This document shows, piece by piece, positions 1 to 7,171 of a stretch of 24,494 nt of DNA. The notes below the pieces were generated by a model. The model was not told where the DNA came from, did no database searches, and saw only the letters and a program-made list of their open reading frames with translations. The stretch spans positions 1 through 24,494 of the IMG/VR virus record IMGVR_UViG_3300032208_000095. One strand, written 5' to 3'. Source of the DNA: a virus. Its lineage: Duplodnaviria > Caudoviricetes. A program made the position numbers and the translations under genes. Each line of letters begins with the position of its first letter. Within the stretch, counting starts at the first letter, position 1.

Positions 1-81
1 TCCAATACGATAAAGTTTGCGAGTCTCTGCGTCTGTGAAGTCAAGGTCCTCATAATTGAGTTCATAACAAAATTCGAGCAT
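1..81 (-). CDS. DUF4385-like protein, N-terminal 27 codons (runs off the window)
   Basis: Not in the ORF track. ATG at 81 reads MLEFCYELNYEDLDFTDAETRKLYRIG with no stop before position 1. Resembles the remembered DUF4385 N-terminus (F-x-Y-x-L-x-Y-x-x-L-D-F...LYRIGRGEQGV) common in cyanomyophages. Confidence 0.7.
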   Translation of the reverse strand, partial: MLEFCYELNYEDLDFTDAETRKLYRIG

Positions 82-103
82 GGATCACCACTGGTGCTTC
101 GCT

Positions 104-132
104 ACCATAGCATGGCGTCAGGATGCTGTCAA
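104..132 (-). promoter_or_regulatory. sigma70-type (early/host-like) promoter
   Basis: Minus strand reads TTGACA (132-127), 17-nt spacer, TATGGT (109-104), with an extended -10 TGn motif. Lies 22 nt upstream of the ATG at 81 and overlaps the end of the upstream CDS. Confidence 0.7.
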
Positions 133-975
133 GTCCCTGAATTCAACGTGTGTCAAGTGCTTAAGAATTGTTTCAGTAATCTCACCAGCACTTGACAATT
201 TATACTCTAGGTCAAATACTGATGTGCCTGTGCATTTTGCTTCAATCACAGACTTATGATCTTCAGTAATCAATCCCGCTTCAACTAGAATAGGAAGAAT
301 ACCATTACGATATTCTACTTCGTGATGTGCTTCTTTTATATTGCCTCTCTCTTGTGGTTCTAGTGATACCTGTGGGTGTGCAATTGCCAAGTTAAATGAG
401 AAACTGCCGTCAAGGAAGATGTCAAATGTACCTCTAAGAGATCTTTTCTCTTTACAGAGTTTATTCATTTTGACAAGCATCTCGTTAGATGAATACTCAT
501 CTAGATTATATGTGGGATCATAGATTCTGATGCCAGCACAGTTTCCATCAGCATCATAATGAATTCCTTGTACAAGAGTTTCAAAGTAATCAGTCTCATC
601 AGTCATCTTATCAACAGTCTCTTTGACTTGACTAAGATCGCCTAGATCACAGAATGATAAAAATGTATCCCATACCTGTTTGACTTCTGTGAGATTAGAC
701 CAATGCATCATAGTGTTCATACAATATGATTTGATCTCATCACCCACATACTCAATACCCACCACCTTGTAATCACTCATGATTGCAACGTCCAGGTGTG
801 GATACTTATATTGATAAACTTTGTTTAGTTTAGCAGACAATGCACCACTGAAGGTGGGAAGATAAGCAGAATCAACCAGACCAGTGTATCTCCAGGGCAT
901 TCTCTCAAGGGTTGAGATATACTCTCCACTGTCTAAATTGTATCTGTCCTGTTTGAAAAAGATTTCAGAAAACAT
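118..975 (-). CDS. hypothetical protein (~285 aa, acidic)
   Basis: The ORF track gives 118..1047, but the ATG at 975 (MFSEIFFKQ) sits 1 nt after the upstream TAA (977-979), matching the tight packing of the operon. No motif recognised. Confidence 0.75.
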   Translation of the reverse strand: MFSEIFFKQDRYNLDSGEYISTLERMPWRYTGLVDSAYLPTFSGALSAKLNKVYQYKYPHLDVAIMSDYKVVGIEYVGDEIKSYCMNTMMHWSNLTEVKQVWDTFLSFCDLGDLSQVKETVDKMTDETDYFETLVQGIHYDADGNCAGIRIYDPTYNLDEYSSNEMLVKMNKLCKEKRSLRGTFDIFLDGSFSFNLAIAHPQVSLEPQERGNIKEAHHEVEYRNGILPILVEAGLITEDHKSVIEAKCTGTSVFDLEYKLSSAGEITETILKHLTHVEFRDLTAS

Positions 976-976
976 T

Positions 977-1318
977 TTAGTTCGCCATGATAGTTTGACC
1001 TGTTGCATTGAACAGAGTATAGTGAATGTAATCCTCTGGTCTTGCACAAGATGCCTGATTTTCAGGGAAGTTTGATGTTAGAAACTCCTCTGTCTCTACC
1101 AGATCATGTACCTCAACAAATACAAACTCAGAGTTTTGTAATGCTGTGAATAGATCTAATGGTAGCAGATCTCTATACAAATCATATGATGCATTGATAG
1201 CATCAACATCACTACTATTGTTCCAACCAGTTGATCTGAAATAGATCAACGACTTGTTATTACTAGCGACATAACGCTCAATGAAGTTATCAAAATAAAA
1301 TACGTCGTAATTGTTCAT
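977..1318 (-). CDS. hypothetical protein (113 aa)
   Basis: ATGA overlap with the upstream oxygenase stop (1315-1318). No recognisable motif. Confidence 0.8.
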   Translation of the reverse strand: MNNYDVFYFDNFIERYVASNNKSLIYFRSTGWNNSSDVDAINASYDLYRDLLPLDLFTALQNSEFVFVEVHDLVETEEFLTSNFPENQASCARPEDYIHYTLFNATGQTIMAN

Positions 1319-1839
1319 TGTTCCTTAAGTAGTAGTTTCCAAGCAATAGTAATACGCAAACCAATGAATGATCTAGATGTCATCTCAGCAGCATGTGGAA
1401 TCATGCCAGGAAATAATACTGCTGAGTTTGGTTTTGGGACGTGGAAGTAATCAGTTCCATCGTTAAAATGAAATGCTGTCTTACCGCCCCAGTCTAACTT
1501 CCACACATCATTTGCATAGAGTAAGAATGTTCTTCCTCTGTCATCATACCAATCTTGATGATAAGACCCTTGTGTGCCAAATGTATGACCATTTGCATAC
1601 ACATCAAACACTTCATATTGTTGGTTGGTCTTTTCCTCAATGATATTTAGAAGATATGATGCAAAGAACTCATTATCTTTTAAATCCATGCGCCAGAAGG
1701 GGATGCCACGACGCTTGTCCCCATCAACATATGATCCATGACCAAAATACCAATTAGGACCAGAAACTGCATCTAGAATCTTTTCCCAGTCCTCTCGTGA
1801 GAATACATTACTATACTCTAAGATGTCAGATCTTCCCAT
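1315..1839 (-). CDS. 2OG-Fe(II) oxygenase (prolyl-4-hydroxylase-like, 174 aa)
   Basis: H-x-D (YHQDW), WGGKT, AVLFPGMIPH (distal His) and LRITIAWK (2OG-binding Arg) form the double-stranded beta-helix oxygenase signature. Confidence 0.9.
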   Translation of the reverse strand: MGRSDILEYSNVFSREDWEKILDAVSGPNWYFGHGSYVDGDKRRGIPFWRMDLKDNEFFASYLLNIIEEKTNQQYEVFDVYANGHTFGTQGSYHQDWYDDRGRTFLLYANDVWKLDWGGKTAFHFNDGTDYFHVPKPNSAVLFPGMIPHAAEMTSRSFIGLRITIAWKLLLKEQ

Positions 1840-2458
1840 ATTCTCTTATCAAGTTGATTCTAAACTGATCTAGTTTCTCTTGTACATCTTTGCTTATGTC
1901 TGCCTCACAGATATACTGTGCAAACTCTGAAAGATAGTTTCTCATGAAAGAATCGTGAATGATAGATTCTGCCCAGCAAACAAATACCTTACGTGATCCA
2001 GACTGAACCTTATTGACTTTGTGCCACAGTCCAGTAGGATACATGATTGCTTTTCCTGCCTCTAACTTGTATTCTACCTCTGTATTACCAATCTTAAGGA
2101 CTAGTTCGCCACCCTCATACTCTGATGGATCATTCAAGAAGCATGTGATACTATAGTGAGGGAAGACACCACCACATGGAATGTTGTCGATGTGGTAATC
2201 ATAGTAAGCACCCTCATTATACTCAAGAAAGTATAACTGTGATGTTCTTCTGATATTATAGATGCTATAGATCTGCTTATTAATATATCCAGAAAACTGG
2301 TGGTTTATCTTCTCATATAATTTTCCATCACATGACATCTTACATCTCTTCTTAGGAGATGGGTTGGATATATTACCATCGACATATTCTAGATTTTTTA
2401 GATTATCCTGTAGCCATAATAAAGCCTCGCCGTCGAGCAAATCAATTTCATAAATCAT
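1826..2458 (-). CDS. PKHD-type (PiuC/YbiX-like) 2OG-Fe(II) hydroxylase (210 aa)
   Basis: YYDYHIDN, SITCFLNDPSEYEGGELV, KLEAGKAIMYPTGLWHKVNKVQSGSRKVFVCWAES and a helical C-terminal tail match the PKHD-type hydroxylase pattern. ATGA overlap with the upstream gene. Confidence 0.88.
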   Translation of the reverse strand: MIYEIDLLDGEALLWLQDNLKNLEYVDGNISNPSPKKRCKMSCDGKLYEKINHQFSGYINKQIYSIYNIRRTSQLYFLEYNEGAYYDYHIDNIPCGGVFPHYSITCFLNDPSEYEGGELVLKIGNTEVEYKLEAGKAIMYPTGLWHKVNKVQSGSRKVFVCWAESIIHDSFMRNYLSEFAQYICEADISKDVQEKLDQFRINLIREYGKI

Positions 2459-3408
2459 CCTGTTTGTCCGTCTAGTTCAGAATCGTCAGTGTAGTATAGA
2501 CTCCAGTTTACTGGTACAACATCATCTACGTCAAGTAGTTTCATGATATCATATACTGCTTGTCTCACTTTCTTGAGTGATGGTGCATATTGACCAGAGA
2601 AGTTGTACATGCTCTGCTCTCTGCTCTGCTGGAAGTCAGAACTTGCTGCAATATCATGTTTTACCCATTGATCAGGATCATTTGGATCCATGAATGCTGG
2701 TGCTGGTGTTACACCATCTTCCTGCATACCATCTGGATACATCTGTCTATAAATCTTTGGATCTACAGGATACTTAACATCAAATGTATGTTTGAAGTAT
2801 GCAAGACCATTCTCAAAATCTTCTGGTTTTTTCATAACCTGAGATCTCAATGCTCTCCTCCAAGCAATCCACTGGTCTTTTTCTCCTTCATAACTATCCT
2901 CAACATCAGGAAGAATTCTCCAGTCAGAACGTGCTAACAGTTCATTCTTTTGTCTTCTCGCTTTGATGTATCTTTGTTCAAAGTAGATTGTCTCATCATT
3001 AATTTTTCTGATCTCTTTATTGACTGCTTCTTCTCTTACGATTAGCAGAGACTCATAAAAAGCAAGAGTCTGTTCTTTTAATTCAGTTGCTTGCTCAGCA
3101 GTAGCACTAGTAAATTGATAGGTTGCCCAGTAATCTTCATCAGTCTTGAAGTCATGCTTTAACTTCCTTCTCTGACATCTGTATGCACCAGTGCTAAAAT
3201 ACTGGAAGTGATCTAACTGGTCCTTAGAGTTGTGCCAGAAGTCATCAACAACTCGATCGAGAAATCTTTCCTTCAACTCACCTCTAATTTTAACTTTTTT
3301 AGTCTTTCTGCCAGGATACATCAAGTCTCCCTCGATGTCATTATTAATCAAGACAATATCATTGACAAAATCAATCTCAATTAAAGAAATTCTTTCTCTG
3401 GTTGTCAT
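2455..3408 (-). CDS. protein with a phage tail-assembly-chaperone-like domain (317 aa)
   Basis: RRQKNELLARSDWRILPDV...EKDQWIAWRRALR (about 2844-2960) matches the R-x-x-RN-x-LL-x-x-SDW-x-x-LPD...W-x-x-YRQALR motif of tail fibre assembly chaperones. AGGAG Shine-Dalgarno at 3417-3413. Confidence 0.7.
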   Translation of the reverse strand: MTTRERISLIEIDFVNDIVLINNDIEGDLMYPGRKTKKVKIRGELKERFLDRVVDDFWHNSKDQLDHFQYFSTGAYRCQRRKLKHDFKTDEDYWATYQFTSATAEQATELKEQTLAFYESLLIVREEAVNKEIRKINDETIYFEQRYIKARRQKNELLARSDWRILPDVEDSYEGEKDQWIAWRRALRSQVMKKPEDFENGLAYFKHTFDVKYPVDPKIYRQMYPDGMQEDGVTPAPAFMDPNDPDQWVKHDIAASSDFQQSREQSMYNFSGQYAPSLKKVRQAVYDIMKLLDVDDVVPVNWSLYYTDDSELDGQTG

Positions 3409-3415
3409 GGATCTC

Positions 3416-4081
3416 CTACCTAGATTTGATGTACCATCCTGTCAAAATATATTTATCCTCACTAAAAACTGTATTGCCCTTATGAGTATGTGTATAACCC
3501 GCTGGCCAGATGACAACAGTACCAGCAGTTGGACGAATTCTTCTCTTTTGGTATAAGAATTCAGTTTCTGCCTCACCCTCTGGCAAATCATTTAGATAGA
3601 TCATCCAAACAATCTCTCTAAGTGAATGTGCTTGATCAACATCTTCATAATGCCAAAGGTGATAACCACCTCCAGGTGGTGTCTTTTGCATCTTAATATC
3701 TGTTGAGATCAATGAAGCAATGTTCAGTGATGGATATTCAGAGATATAATGATTAAGACATGATGACAATATTGCCTGTATATCTACACACAGTTTCTTG
3801 TTAGAATAATCTAACATAAATGCAAAGTCTCTTCTATTTTGAGCACCACCATATTGGTCCTCTGACTTATGCACTTTCTGTTCAGATCCTCCAGGCAACT
3901 CTTGGAAGTCTTGATTATAATATGATCCAGTCTCTAGAACATGATCACAATACTCAATTAACTTTTTACATGTGGGTCTAGGCATGAAGTTTTCCCAGAC
4001 ACCAATAAAATCATTAAAATCAGACTTAGTAAAGTCCTTCCTCTGCATTAACTCCAGAGGACGATATGGTTCAACTGACAT
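3416..4081 (-). CDS. 2OG-Fe(II) oxygenase, cyanophage type (221 aa)
   Basis: MQKTPPGGGYHLWHYE (H-x-E), WMIYLND, ETEFLYQ, GTVVIWPAGYTHTHKGN and KYILTGW. Confidence 0.9.
   Translation of the reverse strand: MSVEPYRPLELMQRKDFTKSDFNDFIGVWENFMPRPTCKKLIEYCDHVLETGSYYNQDFQELPGGSEQKVHKSEDQYGGAQNRRDFAFMLDYSNKKLCVDIQAILSSCLNHYISEYPSLNIASLISTDIKMQKTPPGGGYHLWHYEDVDQAHSLREIVWMIYLNDLPEGEAETEFLYQKRRIRPTAGTVVIWPAGYTHTHKGNTVFSEDKYILTGWYIKSR
3450..3456 (-). promoter_or_regulatory. possible T4-like late promoter (ATAAATA)
   Basis: ATAAATA lies about 40 nt upstream of the ATG at 3408. It coincides with the conserved DKY codons of the oxygenase, so it may be incidental. Confidence 0.3.
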
Positions 4082-4091
4082 AACAATGGAA

Positions 4092-7000
4092 TCAGAATGC
4101 TTTAATGATGTATTTAGTCTTATGGAATGGGTTGATGATTGGAACTTTTCTCTGTGGTCTCATAGTAACATCAGGAGTTGGTTTCTTGAAACTACTAGAG
4201 AACTTAAACTCTGCATCAGTCATGTCCATGAATAGTTCTGATTGATCAAACGCAACCTGCAAGGAAGCACCAACAGGATTACTTTGACCTTCTACATTAG
4301 GATTAGTAGCAAGACCAGAACCATATGGAGCTCCAACAATACCAGGACCAGATAGACCGCCGCCAGTAAAGTCTGTCTGTGGATTACCTACAATGTTCTG
4401 AGTAATCATATGACTGTGAGTTTGTGTTGTTCCACTACTAGGAGTATATGTCGAAATAGTAAATGTAGTTGGTTCTGTATCAATACACGCAGTTTGATTA
4501 GCACCACTAGCAGTATAACTTTGTAGCGGCAAACTGTCAGAATCAGCTCTAGGAGATCTCCACCATACCATATAACTTTGCTGTAGAGTAAGTTGAGCTC
4601 CACTATCAGCAGTTTGACTGGTTGGTAGATTATCAGCAATCCATGTATTAAAGTCAGTCCAAGCATCGGCAGAATAGTATCGTTCAAGTTCCTCAGCAAA
4701 GTTATTTCCTAAGAAAGTAGCCCATAAACCAACTACACTGTCTTGAGACCATGGAATTTCTGCCGCAGGAGAAGAATCTCTTTCAGGAGCATTAAGACCC
4801 ATCATACCTCTAGGTGATGAACCAGGATTCATGTTAAATGGAATTAGAGGATCTCCACCATCACCTTCTACAACAGCACTAAGATATAAGTGTTCGTGTT
4901 CAGGAACTCTTACAGATGTCTCACCAAGAGGTCCAACTAGTGCAGTAACAGCACCAGTAATAGTAAATGTTATACTATCTGTAATAGTTTCCAATCCGTC
5001 TAGTCTTACAGTACCAAGAGAGAAGAATTGACTCTGCAAACCTGTTTGTCCGCTGCCTTCAATCTGTTCTAGTGGCAATGCTCCAGCAGCATCTACAGTA
5101 TCAAAGTACCAATATCCTCCCTCTGCACCAACATCAAAAATACCTTTGCCAGGTGTAGATACAGGTAAGAATGCAGAGTTTCCACGGGATGAATCAACAA
5201 ATCCAGTGCCAGCAAGTTTTCTGTTTCTATAATCAGGAACATTGAAAGTACCAGTATATACTGGTGCTCCATATGCATCAAATGTTTCACTGACACTACC
5301 ACCATACTCAGTTCCAATAACCTCATACAGTTCTCTGTATAATGATGCGTCTAGTTCTCTACCATCACATGATATAAATCCAGGATATCTAGAGTTCAGA
5401 TCACCATCCAAATCACCATAACCAACAATAACATTCTCTTTTAGAATAGCACAAATAGTTCCTACAGAGTATCCATCAAACTTCTTAACTTTATTACTAT
5501 ACCATACCCCTAGGTTCGCTGCTGGTGGTGGTGCTACAGCATATGTGGTTACATTCCATGTAAAAGACACAGCAGGAATATTAGTAGCTTCAGTACCAAC
5601 TACAACATCAGTAAATTCTGGTGTTCCTAGTTGATCTGCGGATAGTACAGTTAAAGTAAATGAAGTGTTGATTGCTGGATCAAAGATCCTAGGACCTACA
5701 ACTGGTGTATCAAAATCAATAGAGATCAATGCACCGTTTGATGCAGTGATAGTGATAGGTCTATTGATATCAGTTACTGTAACAGGCGAACTCGTGATAT
5801 ATGTTTCAGGAACTTGACCGAACTTATCATTTGGTGGTGAAAAGACAGCATCATAATCTGGTCCGCTACTAGTAATGATTGTCCATGTTGGGATTGTCGT
5901 ATCACCAACCTTGATTTGCATAGTGCGTGATTGACCAAAATCAGGATCTGACTTAGCATAGATGGTAATCTGATCACCATTTGAAACATTAACAGGGAAC
6001 ACACCAACAGATCCATTATTAATCTTAATCTTGGTTTCAGTAGCAGTAGTGTTTGCTCCAACGACAGTAACTGGGACAGAAACACCAGGACCTAATCCAG
6101 TAATGCCACCAGGGGGCATTTTATTAGATGGAATAAGTGCATCTTCAATAACACCATTTAGATCATCAAATGACCATCCATTTACTCCTGTAGATGGTGG
6201 ATTGCCTGTTTCTACACTCCAACTAGAAAGATCTGCGCCATCACCAATTGTCAAACTGGTTTCTTTAGGAGTAAGAGGAGTGTTTAATGCTTGTAATTTT
6301 AACTGTAAGTAATCACCATTATTAACTATTCCTGATGAGGATGAGAATGTTACACCATCAAGAACCTCGTATCCATCACCATTTGTAGTTGTACTGTTAG
6401 TAGATGATGCTGCCCACTCACCAGTATTAGTCAGCGAGATAAGTGCTGGTTCTGTTAAACCTTGAATTCTGATAATCTCAGAATATGCAACTTCTTCAAG
6501 ATCTAAACCAGTTAAATCTGTGAAGTTTGGAAATGGTTCTGGAATGTTTAATGGTTGTGTCTTGGTAGTAATTGTCCAAGTCTCATTCGCAGTTCCAATT
6601 ACCAGTGTAACAATTGTATCTTGGTTATTGAAATTTTGCGTTCTTGCTCGAATTTGAATTCGAGATCCATTCTGTACAACTTCAGATCCTGTTCCTTGGA
6701 TCCAATAGTCATCAGCGGCAACGCCATATGCAGGCATTGGATTGTTTGATTCATCTAATCTACCCCAATTTCCATCGCCATTATAATCAATACGCATGGC
6801 GAAATACGTAATATCACCAGCAAATGTAGAACCTAATGCAACTGGTGCTTGTGTTGTTGGTGTTAAACCAGTGACAGTGATAATTGACTCACCAGGACGA
6901 GATCCATCTCCATATGTGTATAGTGTATCCAGTTCAGCTGGATCAACCTCTTGAAAAGGAAATGGATCTGGTGTAAAGTCTTCAGGTACAGTTGTGATTA

Positions 7001-7136
7001 ACCAATACTGTACTAGTTCACCAAGTTGAATGGTAACTGTCTGGGTAGTATCCCAAGTTGGGGGTGCCTTAAATCTAAACTGAACGTAATCACCCTCAGA
7101 AACATATACTGGTGTGCTTGAAAAAGAATATGTCAT
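4092..7136 (-). CDS. tail fibre protein: N-terminal Ig-like repeats plus tail-collar domain and HxH tip (1014 aa)
   Basis: About 4.5 copies of a D-x-T-P-D-x-F-x-F...V-x-N-G-D...L-x-I-G...W-x-I-T-T repeat. Collar motif VGTI...PGFISCDGRELDASLYRELYEVIGTEYGG...FNVPDYR (about 5220-5480). HEH at 4890-4898, HSH at 4410-4418, C-terminal PFHKTKYIIKAF. Confidence 0.85.
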   Translation of the reverse strand: MTYSFSSTPVYVSEGDYVQFRFKAPPTWDTTQTVTIQLGELVQYWLITTVPEDFTPDPFPFQEVDPAELDTLYTYGDGSRPGESIITVTGLTPTTQAPVALGSTFAGDITYFAMRIDYNGDGNWGRLDESNNPMPAYGVAADDYWIQGTGSEVVQNGSRIQIRARTQNFNNQDTIVTLVIGTANETWTITTKTQPLNIPEPFPNFTDLTGLDLEEVAYSEIIRIQGLTEPALISLTNTGEWAASSTNSTTTNGDGYEVLDGVTFSSSSGIVNNGDYLQLKLQALNTPLTPKETSLTIGDGADLSSWSVETGNPPSTGVNGWSFDDLNGVIEDALIPSNKMPPGGITGLGPGVSVPVTVVGANTTATETKIKINNGSVGVFPVNVSNGDQITIYAKSDPDFGQSRTMQIKVGDTTIPTWTIITSSGPDYDAVFSPPNDKFGQVPETYITSSPVTVTDINRPITITASNGALISIDFDTPVVGPRIFDPAINTSFTLTVLSADQLGTPEFTDVVVGTEATNIPAVSFTWNVTTYAVAPPPAANLGVWYSNKVKKFDGYSVGTICAILKENVIVGYGDLDGDLNSRYPGFISCDGRELDASLYRELYEVIGTEYGGSVSETFDAYGAPVYTGTFNVPDYRNRKLAGTGFVDSSRGNSAFLPVSTPGKGIFDVGAEGGYWYFDTVDAAGALPLEQIEGSGQTGLQSQFFSLGTVRLDGLETITDSITFTITGAVTALVGPLGETSVRVPEHEHLYLSAVVEGDGGDPLIPFNMNPGSSPRGMMGLNAPERDSSPAAEIPWSQDSVVGLWATFLGNNFAEELERYYSADAWTDFNTWIADNLPTSQTADSGAQLTLQQSYMVWWRSPRADSDSLPLQSYTASGANQTACIDTEPTTFTISTYTPSSGTTQTHSHMITQNIVGNPQTDFTGGGLSGPGIVGAPYGSGLATNPNVEGQSNPVGASLQVAFDQSELFMDMTDAEFKFSSSFKKPTPDVTMRPQRKVPIINPFHKTKYIIKAF

Positions 7137-7164
7137 TCCGTTTAGATAATATCTCCAGTCTTAC

Positions 7165-7171
7165 TATTTAG
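7165..7171 (-). promoter_or_regulatory. T4-like/cyanophage late promoter (CTAAATA)
   Basis: CTAAATA overlaps the stop codon of the 989-aa gene at the only sizeable intergenic gap (31 nt) in the structural block, just upstream of the 1014-aa fibre gene. Confidence 0.6.

Noticed and set aside
976-1047. N-terminal extension of the 309-aa ORF (and likewise 12725-12751 of the 304-aa ORF)
   Set aside because: Each extension overlaps the upstream gene; downstream ATGs 1 nt after the upstream stop fit the operon packing better.
7137-7170. Stop-codon readthrough fusing the 989-aa and 1014-aa genes to rebuild the split domain
   Set aside because: The genes are out of frame, there is no slippery sequence, and the 565-aa paralogue stops at the same position.
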